From the IMG/VR virus record IMGVR_UViG_3300033463_000023, positions 80,189 to 144,188 of that record: DNA of 64,000 bases, one strand, 5' to 3'. Position 1 is the stretch's first letter. Each line of letters begins with the position of its first letter. Source of the DNA: a virus (lineage: Duplodnaviria; Caudoviricetes). Of this stretch, positions 44,992-54,552 are shown one piece after another. The position numbers and the translations under genes were made by a program. Under the pieces are notes generated by a model, which worked only from the letters and a program-made list of their open reading frames with translations, had not been told where the DNA came from and did no database searches.

Positions 44992-46920
44992 CTATGCCTG
45001 TTCGCCTGCGACGGTCTCGACGATGCCGGTCTTGCTGTTGTCGAGCGTCGTGAGCGTCATCTGCTTGATGTGCCACTCGGCGCAGCCGTCGTTGTCCCAT
45101 CCGTTGAACCTGAGCACGCTGTCGAGGAATCCCTCGTACAGCCGCTGCTTCGGGTTCAGCTGCTGCTGCTTCAGCAGGGCCATCTCGCGCAGGGCCGTAC
45201 CGCCGTTGGAGGCCTGCACCATCGGCACGCCGACCAGGCGCGGGTCGACCTTCAGGGCGAGGAAGATGGGCGACGTGGAGAGCTCCAGCTCCTCCTTGCC
45301 CGCCTTCGCCTCGTCGTTCACGATGTCCTTGATGTCGACGATCTCGACGTTGTGGTGCTCCTTGCCGTCCGGGCCGAGCCACATCCACTGGCGCATGTAC
45401 TTGCCCTGGTTCTCTCGGTGCTGCAGGAAGTCCTCCATCGACTGCTCCAGCTCGTCGACGAACTCCCGCTGCTTCTCCAGGTTGTCGTTGTACCCCTCGT
45501 CGGCGAACACCTGGTCGAGGTAGTCAAGGCTTATGTAGAGGATACGGCCCCAGCTGGTGCGGTTCTCGCGCTGCTTGTACTTGTCGTAGAGAATGGTGGC
45601 GGAGAAGTCGAAGGCCTTGCTGGTAAACACGCTCCACCATGCGGGCTGGGGATAGTATGGCTTGTTGAGCGACGGGTAGAACGTCGGGCAGACCACCCAC
45701 ATGGGCCGTTTGCCTGCCGCCGTCTTCTGGTTCGACTCGACGATGTTGCGCATGTCGCGCAGCAGGTGCTGCGGCATGCAGGCCGGGAACATCTTTATTT
45801 TCATCGACTCGGGCGACACGACACGGGCGGTTGTGGCTCCGAGCGTGCGCCACTGGTCGCTGAAATAGCAGTTGTTGATATGGCGCGTGTCGTTCATCTT
45901 CTCGAGGCGTGTCGAATGTGCCGGAAGGAACGAGACCGAGTTGATGACCGGATCCCAGACGCCCCTCGTCCCCTTGTTGTCGAAGCCGACGGTGGGGAAG
46001 TAGATGTCGAGCATCACGTCGTCCTGCATGCACTGCGAGATGTGCAGGTTCAGGTTGTTCTCTTCCAGGAACTCCCTGATGCCAATGATATGGCGGTCGT
46101 TGCCGAGGGCATCCTTCACGTCCCTGCCGTACCACGTGCGCTGCCACTCGGTGAGCCGCCCGCGCCAGTAGTCGCTGTTGTGGCGCGTCGAGAGCGGGCG
46201 GATGTCGTCCACCTTCAGCGACTCCTCGCCGGGCTCCAGACCTCCTCTCTCCTGCCGTTCCAGGATCTTCTCGGCCGTCTGTATCATCATCAGGCCGTAG
46301 TTGGTTGTCACGTAGTCGCCGATCAGGTTCCTAAGGCTGGCGCGCTGGCTGGCCTTGCTATCGTTAAAGCTGACGCGCACAGTGCCCTCTTCCTCCTGCT
46401 GGCGCTCCTTCTCCTCCTCCTGCTCGATCAGCTCCACCAGCTTCCACTCCGCCGTGCGGAAGTCGGCCAGCGAGCCGTCCGGGAAGCGGTACATCAGCGC
46501 CGGCCCGAGACCGGAGGCGAGGTCTGCCAGATAGCTCAGCGGCGCGGCGGTGTAGGGTGACGACTGCGCCAGCGGCGGGATGACGCTCGGCGTGGCGTTG
46601 TTCGGGCCCCACTTCACGTAGCCGAGTCCCATCGGCTTGCCGTCCCTGCCGGTGACGGGCACCACGGTGTCCGTGCGCTCGTCGAAGCCCCAGGCTACCT
46701 TCGACAGCGGCCCGTTAGACCACGCGCCGCAGCCCATCGCGCCGGCCATGGCGTCGGCCGCCTTGTCGCCAGGATCCTTGTCGCCGAGGGTGACGGAGCC
46801 CGCCTTGCCCTTCTTCAGCACGTCGATGCTCACGAAGCCCTTCTTCGTCAGTGAGTTGTGGATGCGCTCCAGTCCCTTGACGGAGCTCGCCTTATGGGTC
46901 TTGATGCCTTTGTCTGCCAT
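44992..46920 (-). CDS. portal protein
   Basis: 642 aa after terL; YVKWGPNN, YYPQPAW and VDPRLVG...GGTALRE motifs typical of Bacteroidales phage portals. Confidence 0.8.
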   Translation of the reverse strand: MADKGIKTHKASSVKGLERIHNSLTKKGFVSIDVLKKGKAGSVTLGDKDPGDKAADAMAGAMGCGAWSNGPLSKVAWGFDERTDTVVPVTGRDGKPMGLGYVKWGPNNATPSVIPPLAQSSPYTAAPLSYLADLASGLGPALMYRFPDGSLADFRTAEWKLVELIEQEEEKERQQEEEGTVRVSFNDSKASQRASLRNLIGDYVTTNYGLMMIQTAEKILERQERGGLEPGEESLKVDDIRPLSTRHNSDYWRGRLTEWQRTWYGRDVKDALGNDRHIIGIREFLEENNLNLHISQCMQDDVMLDIYFPTVGFDNKGTRGVWDPVINSVSFLPAHSTRLEKMNDTRHINNCYFSDQWRTLGATTARVVSPESMKIKMFPACMPQHLLRDMRNIVESNQKTAAGKRPMWVVCPTFYPSLNKPYYPQPAWWSVFTSKAFDFSATILYDKYKQRENRTSWGRILYISLDYLDQVFADEGYNDNLEKQREFVDELEQSMEDFLQHRENQGKYMRQWMWLGPDGKEHHNVEIVDIKDIVNDEAKAGKEELELSTSPIFLALKVDPRLVGVPMVQASNGGTALREMALLKQQQLNPKQRLYEGFLDSVLRFNGWDNDGCAEWHIKQMTLTTLDNSKTGIVETVAGEQA

Positions 46921-46943
46921 AATCGTTCGTCTTTATTCTGCCT

Positions 46944-46980
46944 GCAAGATAGCGTGCGCAGGCGCGGAAAGCAAGGGCAG
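46944..46980 (-). promoter_or_regulatory. late promoter motif, copy 4
   Basis: CTGCCCTTG-N20-TATCTTGC upstream of the portal. Confidence 0.7.
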
Positions 46981-46990
46981 CCGGGGTTTG

Positions 46991-48925
46991 TCAGCGCGGC
47001 ATGCCGGCGAGGTTCCTGAAGCGCCCCCTGAGCGCGCCGCCGATCTTCGGTCGGCCCTCGCCGTGGAAGCGCACGCCGATAAGCAGGTCGTCCAGGGCGT
47101 CCGTCACGTCGGTGCGCTCACGGGGATCGCCGCCCAATGAGTCCGGGTCGGTGCTCTTCAGCTTCTCACGGCTCTTGTCCTTCTTGAAGGTGCCTGGCAG
47201 GATGCCGGCATTCTCGATGGCGGTAATGAGGTAGTCGTTACGCCCCGCCTCGCGGTTGATGCGCAGGGCCGGCGTCTGCTGGAAGGCGAGCACGTCGTTG
47301 ATGAACTGGTACTTGTCCTCGCGGAACATCGCGCCGCCCATGTCCACGTCTGTCACGTTCCACCCCATCTGCGTCAGCTCCTGGACGATCACGCGGTCGA
47401 AGCGGGTGTCCTCGGCCCCCTCCACGGCGTATGCCGTCGAGCCGCCCTGCTTGATGGTGCTGGTGAAGTAGAAGACGACGTCGCCGTTCTTGCGAAGATG
47501 CGGCTTGTAGTAGTCCGTGAAGTCACGGCACAGGGCACGCAGCTTCCGCTCGTTCATCACGTACATGCTCTTCAGGATCATCAGCGACTGGCGTCCCTCG
47601 AAGCTGCGGGTCTGCCCGATGACCATGCAGTTCAGGTTGGCGTTGCAGTCCACGGCGATCCGCAGGGGCTCCGTGTAGTCAACGTCCACGTCAAGGCTAC
47701 AGTTGTCGGCGGCGGCCTGGCACTGGCTGAAGTCGATGCTCTCCGTCTCGTAGGCCGTGGGCCACTTCTGCACGTCGAGCGCCTTGCCCTTCTGCTTGAC
47801 GGTGAACTTGTCGGCCATCAGGCTGTAGGTCTCGAAGTCGTCGCAGGTGTAGCCGTGGATGTCGATATCGAAGTTGCTGTAGAAGCCGTCCTTGGCGGCA
47901 CCCTTCTTCTGACCGAGGATTTGGATGCGGAACATGAGGTCCGGCAGTGACCGCTTCATCTCACGTACCCACGCCTCGCCGCCGAGCATACTCATGTTCT
48001 CCAGGCTGCTGAAGTTCCAGAACGTCTCTGACTGCGAGCGCAGCAGGTGCAGTTGTTTCAGGAACGCCTCGTTCTGTGCCAGTTCAACGGCCATCCTCGG
48101 GTTCACCTTCTCCAGATACCTCAGTTCGGCCAGCATCTCCGCAATCTGGGCGTTGACGTCCTTGGTCTCGTACATTTCCTCCTTCTCCCACTCGCACTGC
48201 TTCTGGGTCAGTCCCGCGTCGCTGACGAACATCTTCGAGCAGTACCGGTTGTTGACCGCCGGATCCGTTCCGTAGCCCCACTGCTTCTGCTGCACCTTGC
48301 GCGCAGACTTCGGTATGAAGTCGCCGCGCACCGTCGGGAAGGCTTCCTCCTTCACCTGGCTCCACTTCATATACTTCACCTCGTCGCCTCTGAGCCACCC
48401 GGCGTTGACACCGTTACAGGAACCCTTGACGGCCATCGAGGCGCCCATCATCACCGCGCCGTTCTGGAAATGCACGCAGTTCTCCCAGTTGCGTATCTTG
48501 GCTATCGGCTGGTCCCAGCGCAGCTTCGCCGGAGCATGGCCACGGAAGTAAAACACCCCCTCCGGGAAGCCGAGGATGTCGAACATCTTCAGCAGGTTCG
48601 GCATCGTGCGGCACATCATCTGCTTGGCACTGGCTGCCAGAAACAGGCCTATCAGAAGCGGCAGACCGAGTACACATTTCAGGGTGTCGATGCCGAGAAA
48701 GGCTGTCTTTCCAAATCCGCGCGCCGCCCTTATGAATGTGGTTTTTGAACCGAAGTTATAAATATCCAGCTGGCCACGGTGCATGTACATCATGTGCTGA
48801 CCGTCACCCAGCAGGTCCACCGTCCCACCCTCTTCAAATTCGGGACGCTCCTCGTCGACATCCGGCAACATCCTGGCCTCCAGGCTGTCAGAGCTGACGC
48901 TCATGTTTGTACCAATGCGGCTCAT
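46991..48925 (-). CDS. terL: terminase large subunit
   Basis: Walker A ARGFGKT, Walker B LRGDE, nuclease IAVDCNA and TDVTDALD. Confidence 0.88.
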   Translation of the reverse strand: MSRIGTNMSVSSDSLEARMLPDVDEERPEFEEGGTVDLLGDGQHMMYMHRGQLDIYNFGSKTTFIRAARGFGKTAFLGIDTLKCVLGLPLLIGLFLAASAKQMMCRTMPNLLKMFDILGFPEGVFYFRGHAPAKLRWDQPIAKIRNWENCVHFQNGAVMMGASMAVKGSCNGVNAGWLRGDEVKYMKWSQVKEEAFPTVRGDFIPKSARKVQQKQWGYGTDPAVNNRYCSKMFVSDAGLTQKQCEWEKEEMYETKDVNAQIAEMLAELRYLEKVNPRMAVELAQNEAFLKQLHLLRSQSETFWNFSSLENMSMLGGEAWVREMKRSLPDLMFRIQILGQKKGAAKDGFYSNFDIDIHGYTCDDFETYSLMADKFTVKQKGKALDVQKWPTAYETESIDFSQCQAAADNCSLDVDVDYTEPLRIAVDCNANLNCMVIGQTRSFEGRQSLMILKSMYVMNERKLRALCRDFTDYYKPHLRKNGDVVFYFTSTIKQGGSTAYAVEGAEDTRFDRVIVQELTQMGWNVTDVDMGGAMFREDKYQFINDVLAFQQTPALRINREAGRNDYLITAIENAGILPGTFKKDKSREKLKSTDPDSLGGDPRERTDVTDALDDLLIGVRFHGEGRPKIGGALRGRFRNLAGMPR

Positions 48926-49566
48926 TATTCGTTATCGTTTTCGTTGACTTGACCCGCTGCTTCCATCACAGCCACTTTGTCCTCGATCATCTTACGCTTC
49001 TCGTCGATGTAGGCGCCGTACTTGTTCATAATAGCCAGCGACTGCTTGTCGTCGTAGTCGATCTTCGTCTCGTCCACATCGTGTGCGTTGGTCGTAACGA
49101 CTGGAGGCAGGAACGCCGCCTTGTACATGTCGGCCTGCTCCGATTCCGGCTGGTCGAGGCGGTCGAGCTTCATAGCTATCTTAGCCCCGTCGGCGATGGC
49201 GAAGGCGTTGTCGGTCTCCATGCCCATGCGCATGAGGTGGTTGGCGGAGGCGCGCACGCGCTCCTCCTGTATCCTGCGGCTCGGCGGCATCATCTGCTCG
49301 ACGACGAACTCGAAGAGCCGCTGGTCCGCCTTGGCGACTCGTATATCATTGGACTGCGTGGAGTACTGACCCCTGACCAGCTGTTTAAACATCGGCAGCG
49401 TTTCCAAAAAAGGGTTCCGCTTCCATATCCAGTAGACATGGTCCACGCGCGCCAGACGGTTCCTGTGCGCCGGCTCGCAGTCGCAGTCGTCGATCGGCAC
49501 GCCCTGCGTGAAGTGCAGCAGCGCAGCCGTCATCAGCTTCTGGGGTATTACGCTTGGCAGTGACAT
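48925..49566 (-). CDS. putative terminase small subunit
   Basis: 213 aa, helical; stop overlaps the terL start. Confidence 0.55.
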   Translation of the reverse strand: MSLPSVIPQKLMTAALLHFTQGVPIDDCDCEPAHRNRLARVDHVYWIWKRNPFLETLPMFKQLVRGQYSTQSNDIRVAKADQRLFEFVVEQMMPPSRRIQEERVRASANHLMRMGMETDNAFAIADGAKIAMKLDRLDQPESEQADMYKAAFLPPVVTTNAHDVDETKIDYDDKQSLAIMNKYGAYIDEKRKMIEDKVAVMEAAGQVNENDNE

Positions 49567-49589
49567 ATCATTTCATTGAATGTTGGATA

Positions 49590-50288
49590 TCAGATACTCT
49601 TGTACTCGCGCTTCGCGTCGAACGAAGGGCAGGCCTTTCGGACGCCCGCGAAGTCGCGGTGGCCGAGGATCGTGGCGTAGGGGTAGAGCTTGCGCAGGTC
49701 AATGAGCAGCGACATCAGCGCGGCCTTCTGCGCGTCGGTGCGCGTGTCCTTCGGCTTCAGCTGCTGGTAGGTCTTCTTCGGGTCGCACTCCAGGCCGCCG
49801 ACGTACACCACGCCGATAGAGTTAGAGTTGTGCCCGGCCACGTGCGCTCCGGCGACGTCCACGTCCCGTCCGAGATGCACCTCGCCGCCGAGCGTCACGA
49901 CATAGTGGTAGCCGATGTCGCTCCACCCCTGCCTCCTGTGCTCTGCGCGGATCTGCTCGACGGTCTTCGCCTGCCCCTCAGGCGTGGCGGTGCAGTGTAC
50001 GACGATGTAGTCGACGTGCCGCCTGGACTTCCTCAGCTCGATGTCGCCGTGCTGTATGGTGTACGGTGTCTTCGACGGCGTGACGGCGTTCGCCGCCGCC
50101 GTGATGCCCATCAGCGCCAGCGTCTTCGGGCCCGCGAGGCCGTCGGCGGAGAGGCCGTGCATCAGCTGCCACCGCTTCACGCACTCCGTGGTCACCGTCC
50201 CCCATACGCCGTCGGGGTACGCCCCGACGACCTTCTGTATCTGCTTCACGACCGTCCCCCGGTCGCCCTGCTTGTAGACTGTTGCCAT
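49590..50288 (-). CDS. endolysin: peptidoglycan-binding domain plus Amidase_2
   Basis: GDRG..VKQIQ..DGVWG..T..VKRWQ..GL.ADG (PG_binding_1); IVVHCTAT, IGYHY, GAHV, GHRD, KACP. Confidence 0.92.
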   Translation of the reverse strand: MATVYKQGDRGTVVKQIQKVVGAYPDGVWGTVTTECVKRWQLMHGLSADGLAGPKTLALMGITAAANAVTPSKTPYTIQHGDIELRKSRRHVDYIVVHCTATPEGQAKTVEQIRAEHRRQGWSDIGYHYVVTLGGEVHLGRDVDVAGAHVAGHNSNSIGVVYVGGLECDPKKTYQQLKPKDTRTDAQKAALMSLLIDLRKLYPYATILGHRDFAGVRKACPSFDAKREYKSI

Positions 50289-50308
50289 ATCGACTGTAGA
50301 TTATAGAT

Positions 50309-50653
50309 TCATTCCTCCTCGATCTCCTCCCCGTCTTCCCATCCGTCGTCGGGCTTGCGGTCCTCGCGCTCCCTGAGGTACATCACCCGGGTTCCCCCGA
50401 GCAGGTGCCAGCGGAAGCCGTGCTCCAGGAGCTTCTGCTCCGCCGCCGGCCACGGGTCTCCGGCCTCGATGGTGGCGCGCAGCCCCATCGCGTCGCGGAG
50501 CTGCCGCTGGTCCATCACCTCGCAGTCCGTCATGAGCCTCGGCATGGAGAGGTACCGCGCGGCGAACGCCTCGACGGCCCTCTCGGTGTTGTCCTCCAGC
50601 GCCGCGATGTCCGTGCAGTGGATCTCGTTACCTTCGTCCTTGCCTCTTCCCAT
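50309..50653 (-). CDS. hypothetical protein
   Basis: 114-aa ORF. Confidence 0.65.
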   Translation of the reverse strand: MGRGKDEGNEIHCTDIAALEDNTERAVEAFAARYLSMPRLMTDCEVMDQRQLRDAMGLRATIEAGDPWPAAEQKLLEHGFRWHLLGGTRVMYLREREDRKPDDGWEDGEEIEEE

Positions 50654-50704
50654 TGATGCTGTACTTCTCGGTTGTGATACTGCTGACGCTCACGGCCATG
50701 GGCC

Positions 50705-50863
50705 TCACATCAGGATTATCGTGCTCTTGCTGCTGGGCACCTCCACCACCCTCGTGATGGCGAGGTCCTCGTCCTCCAGCAGCATGTCGGCCTCCGCCTT
50801 GCGGCTCACCGACAGGTACGGTACCTTGTTTCCCCATGGGTCGTCCTTGAATAAGTGATACAT
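50705..50863 (-). CDS. small hypothetical protein
   Basis: 52 aa (MYHLFKDDPWGNKVP...) read by eye; A-rich upstream. Confidence 0.5.
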   Translation of the reverse strand: MYHLFKDDPWGNKVPYLSVSRKAEADMLLEDEDLAITRVVEVPSSKSTIILM

Positions 50864-50883
50864 AGCCTTAATTCTTTAGTTCT

Positions 50884-51396
50884 TTATTCCTCCGCGACGT
50901 ACAGGTTCTCGTCGACGCAGAGGTTCAGCGGCTCGGTGCGCTCGAACTGTATCATCACGGCGTACCAGCCGTCCTGCAGCGGACCGATGGACTGGATGTC
51001 CAGGATCGCGTTGTCGAGGTCGATGCGCGCGAAGTCGCCGTCGATGTTCTCGTATGCCTCCTTGTCGTGCTTGTCCTTCAGCCACGCCAGGAACTGCTGC
51101 GCGTGGTACCACGCCTCCGCCTTCGCCTCGGCGGCGCAGTCGCCGTCGGCCATGTCGCGCGCCCTGACGAAGAAGTAGATGGGGTAGTTGAGGACAGGCC
51201 GCGTGATGCTGCCGCCGCCCTCTACGCTCGACTCCATCACCACGCAGGGCGAGAACTTGGGCTCTATGCCCTTCGCCAGCTCCACCACGCCGCCCTGCGA
51301 GTCGGTCAGGTAGAACCGCCTGTTGCCGTTCGTCACCGAGTCGAGCATCGGCTTGTACGTCCGGCACCACTGTCTTACTATCGAATGGAATGTCAT
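50884..51396 (-). CDS. putative tail terminator-like structural protein
   Basis: 170 aa alpha/beta in a late operon; function inferred from size and pattern only. Confidence 0.4.
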   Translation of the reverse strand: MTFHSIVRQWCRTYKPMLDSVTNGNRRFYLTDSQGGVVELAKGIEPKFSPCVVMESSVEGGGSITRPVLNYPIYFFVRARDMADGDCAAEAKAEAWYHAQQFLAWLKDKHDKEAYENIDGDFARIDLDNAILDIQSIGPLQDGWYAVMIQFERTEPLNLCVDENLYVAEE

Positions 51397-51411
51397 AGTC
51401 CGTAAATGGGT

Positions 51412-52656
51412 TTAGTTCTCCGTTCCTTCACCCTCGGAGTCCGTTGGACGGTTTTGGTCCAATTCGTTGGATTGGTTGGATTGGTCGGATGACCCTGCCT
51501 CGTCCTCTGCCGACTCCTTCTCTCCTTTACTCCTTCTCTCCTTCTCTCCTTCGAGGTCAATCCCGTAGTGCTCCGCGGCGGCCCTGACCTTCTCGTCGTC
51601 AAACGCGGCGTCGCCCTCCAGTGCCAGGAACTCCCTGAAGCTCTCCTTCCACTTCCCGACATGCTCCGCGCGCTTGTCGCCGTTGCCGCGCCTGGTGTCC
51701 ACGAGCCACTTCCTGAGCTCGCGCCTGCGGGCCTTCTGCTCGCTGGTGAGCTCCGCCGGCTCCTCCGCGGCGGGAGCGTCCGCGGCGGCAGATTCTTCAC
51801 TATTCGCTTTTTCGTTTTCACTTACGATTCGGGCGTTCCCGAGGTCGTCGACCACTACCCTGCCCTCCTTCACGAGCCTGTCCCATCCGGCATCCAGCTC
51901 GTCGAGGATCTTCCGGATCGCGTTGTCGATGGCCGTGGCCCTCTTCGCCCACGCCTCGCGGTCGCTGTCCTTCGCCGTCCCGTCGTCCACCAGCAGGTCC
52001 ATCTTCCGGCGTGCCTCGTCGAGCTCGCGGTACAGGCCCTGCAGCTGCGCGGCGCTCTCCTGCGTCTTCTCCGGCAGCAGGTGGACGTACTGGTCCACGT
52101 GCTTCGGCCGCACCGGCGCCGGCCTCGCGTCCGGAGACACGCCTGCCGCGCCGCCGTCCCCTCCGCCGTAGCCGGCCTCCTTCGCCTCGCCGGCCTGCAT
52201 CCTGGCGCCGCCCGCGGACGGGCCCTTGTCTGCGGTCTTCCTGCCGACGGCCCGCGTTGCCTTTCCGGTTCCGTCCGCGGGCTCCTCTTTCGACGGATCC
52301 GCAGTGTCGTTATGCTTCTGCGCGACCACGGCACCGAACGCCGTGTACATATTGGCTATCGCCCGCTTCGCGGACTTCACGTACAGCATGTCCGGCAGCC
52401 AGGTGTCGGTCAGGTTCGTCAGTGCGGAGAGCAGCACCGCCCCGTCCTCGAAGGCCTGGCAGTAACGGTCGTTCCACCCGGCGCTCACCTGCAGCACGTT
52501 CTGCAGCCGCGCCTCGAGCGTCCCGCACAGCCTTACCAGCGACTGCCCGTCGACAGACAGCCAGTCCCCCACCCTACTCTCGTATGCCGCACGCTCCGCG
52601 GCGGTCATGTTGTCGTACCTCTTCAGGTACTCCGAACTCTGGATCTTACGTATCAT
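51412..52656 (-). CDS. hypothetical late protein (coiled coil)
   Basis: 414 aa, first gene after late promoter copy 5. Confidence 0.75.
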   Translation of the reverse strand: MIRKIQSSEYLKRYDNMTAAERAAYESRVGDWLSVDGQSLVRLCGTLEARLQNVLQVSAGWNDRYCQAFEDGAVLLSALTNLTDTWLPDMLYVKSAKRAIANMYTAFGAVVAQKHNDTADPSKEEPADGTGKATRAVGRKTADKGPSAGGARMQAGEAKEAGYGGGDGGAAGVSPDARPAPVRPKHVDQYVHLLPEKTQESAAQLQGLYRELDEARRKMDLLVDDGTAKDSDREAWAKRATAIDNAIRKILDELDAGWDRLVKEGRVVVDDLGNARIVSENEKANSEESAAADAPAAEEPAELTSEQKARRRELRKWLVDTRRGNGDKRAEHVGKWKESFREFLALEGDAAFDDEKVRAAAEHYGIDLEGEKERRSKGEKESAEDEAGSSDQSNQSNELDQNRPTDSEGEGTEN

Positions 52657-52681
52657 AATCGTCTCGTTTAATCATCTGCCC

Positions 52682-52718
52682 GCAAGATACGATATGTTGG
52701 AAATAAAATCAAGGGCAG
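52682..52718 (-). promoter_or_regulatory. late promoter motif, copy 5
   Basis: CTGCCCTTG-N20-TATCTTGC upstream of 52656. Confidence 0.7.
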
Positions 52719-52731
52719 CCGCTGCCTATCT

Positions 52732-52811
52732 TTGCAATATTGCAATAATGTTATAGTGTTTAACTGCCAAATTGCAATAGTTTAATAATTTTTAACTGCA
52801 ATATTGCAATA
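52732..52811 (+). repeat. centromere-like array 1: 10 x 8 bp (consensus TTGCAATA)
   Basis: ttgcaata|ttgcaata|atgttata|gtgtttaa|ctgccaaa|ttgcaata|gtttaata|atttttaa|ctgcaata|ttgcaata; next to the parA promoter TACCTTTG at 52830-52837. Confidence 0.8.
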
Positions 52812-52868
52812 ATATTCAGGAATTATCCCTACCTTTGCAGCAGTTACAACATTTTATATCACTACATT

Positions 52869-53705
52869 ATGGCAAAACTACGTAAGACGCAGTTGCGTGC
52901 CGTCATCGGCATAGGCAACTACAAGGGAGGCGTCGGGAAGACCACGACCGCCCTGAACCTCGCTATGGCCCTGCACCTGCAGGGCTACCATGTGATGGTC
53001 ATCGACATGGACCGTCAGTCAAATCTCTCCTCCTGCACCGACTGGGACCCGGACCTCGAGCTGCAGCACTACCCTACCATTTACAACGTACTCTGCGAGG
53101 AAGCACCCATCCCCGTCTACAAAAGCAGCAGCGGACTCTACTACTGCCCGTCCACGTCCATCATGAACAAGGTGGACCAGCAGCTGCCGACGATGCGCAA
53201 CCCGGCGATGAAGCTCACCCGCGCCCTGCAGAAGGCGCCGGACGACCATACCGGCGAGGGACTGACGGACTGGACGACGGACTTCGACTACATTCTGATC
53301 GACTCACCCGTCGGCCCGCAGGTGCTCGTCGACAACATCCTGATCGCCGTAAACGCCGTGCTCATCCCCATCAACCTCGAGGGCTTCGCGCTCAACGGCC
53401 TGCAGAACTATCTCGCCTACATACAGGAGATACGCGAGACGGAGAACGACGAGCTCGTGAATCTGGGCTTCCTGATCACCCGCCGCAAGGCGTATATCAA
53501 AGGACAGCGCGAGGCGGAGGAGCAGCTGAAGGCACGCTACGGCAGGGAGATCCTGCCCGTCAGCATCTCCGAGCGCGAGGCCGTCAGCAAGTCGCAGCGC
53601 GAGTTCACCAGCGTCTACAACGTACGCAACGCCGACGTGCCGCGCGAGGAGTTCACGATGCTCGCCAACGAGATCGTCAAACGAACTAAAGCATTATTGC
53701 AATAA
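52869..53705 (+). CDS. parA: ParA/Soj partition ATPase
   Basis: Deviant Walker A KGGVGKTT, IDMDRQSN, DYILIDSP; no N-terminal HTH. Confidence 0.92.
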   Translation: MAKLRKTQLRAVIGIGNYKGGVGKTTTALNLAMALHLQGYHVMVIDMDRQSNLSSCTDWDPDLELQHYPTIYNVLCEEAPIPVYKSSSGLYYCPSTSIMNKVDQQLPTMRNPAMKLTRALQKAPDDHTGEGLTDWTTDFDYILIDSPVGPQVLVDNILIAVNAVLIPINLEGFALNGLQNYLAYIQEIRETENDELVNLGFLITRRKAYIKGQREAEEQLKARYGREILPVSISEREAVSKSQREFTSVYNVRNADVPREEFTMLANEIVKRTKALLQ

Positions 53706-53808
53706 TGTTATAATACAATATTGCAATACATCTATAGTTTTATAACTTAATTCTGCAATATAGCAATAGTGCAATAATTCAATATAACAATAACATTATA
53801 AAGCAATA
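53689..53808 (+). repeat. centromere-like array 2: 15 x 8 bp
   Basis: In-phase NNNCAATA/NNNTTATA-type octamers between parA and the next gene. Confidence 0.8.
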
Positions 53809-53813
53809 CGACT

Positions 53814-54176
53814 ATGAGTGCAATCAGTAAAAAGAAACAAGAGAAGCCGACGCAGATCCTGGGCGAGTCGCCGGAGGAGATACTGCGCCGCAAGCGTGCC
53901 ATCGAGAGCAGGGTAGGGGATAATCCGTCACCCCCCTCTGATGAGGAGCCAACGGGCATGGCGGCAGAGAAGGCGGTAGGCGCGCTGTGCTACCTGCCTA
54001 AGTCCGTCCACCGCCTCGCCACCCGCTACGCCGAGGACAGGGATCTCACCGCCAAGCGTTTCTTTCTGGAGACGATGCTCCTTGGTCTGGAGCAGCAAGG
54101 CGTTATCACACCTGAGCAGCGCACCGAGGCGCTCACGCTTCCCAATGAGTACGGCTGGAAGGGTCGCAAACAATAA
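53814..54176 (+). CDS. putative ribbon-helix-helix centromere-binding protein 1
   Basis: Disordered N-terminus, then ALCYLPKSVHRLATRYAEDRDLTAKRFFLETM (beta-helix-helix). Confidence 0.55.
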   Translation: MSAISKKKQEKPTQILGESPEEILRRKRAIESRVGDNPSPPSDEEPTGMAAEKAVGALCYLPKSVHRLATRYAEDRDLTAKRFFLETMLLGLEQQGVITPEQRTEALTLPNEYGWKGRKQ

Positions 54177-54231
54177 CGCAATATTGCAGTATTACAATAC
54201 GGCAATAAAACAATAATTCAATAAAGCAATA
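54168..54231 (+). repeat. centromere-like array 3: 8 x 8 bp
   Basis: aaacaata|acgcaata|ttgcagta|ttacaata|cggcaata|aaacaata|attcaata|aagcaata. Confidence 0.8.
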
Positions 54232-54236
54232 AAATT

Positions 54237-54545
54237 ATGAAGACTACCTACAAAGTAACCGTTGAGACGGATCAGAACACGGAATCGTCCGTCCCTGCAG
54301 CAGAACAGAAACCACAGCGTTTCGTTCGCCTTCCAAACCCGCAGATCCCCATCGCGGAGTACAATCTCGTGACGCGCTACTGCGAGAAGTTCGACAATAT
54401 GACGCGCCAGGACTTTGTGGAACTCGCTATCATCGAGAAACTCCACAATGACGGCGGCATGTCACAGGCGGACTTCAACGCCCGCTGCGAAGAGATCCGT
54501 AACCGCCCGCCGCGTGGCCACCGCAAGAATACTAAAAACAAATAA
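54237..54545 (+). CDS. putative ribbon-helix-helix protein 2
   Basis: NPQIPIAEYNLVTRYCEKFDNMTRQDFVELAIIEKL. Confidence 0.55.
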   Translation: MKTTYKVTVETDQNTESSVPAAEQKPQRFVRLPNPQIPIAEYNLVTRYCEKFDNMTRQDFVELAIIEKLHNDGGMSQADFNARCEEIRNRPPRGHRKNTKNK

Positions 54546-54552
54546 GCAACTT

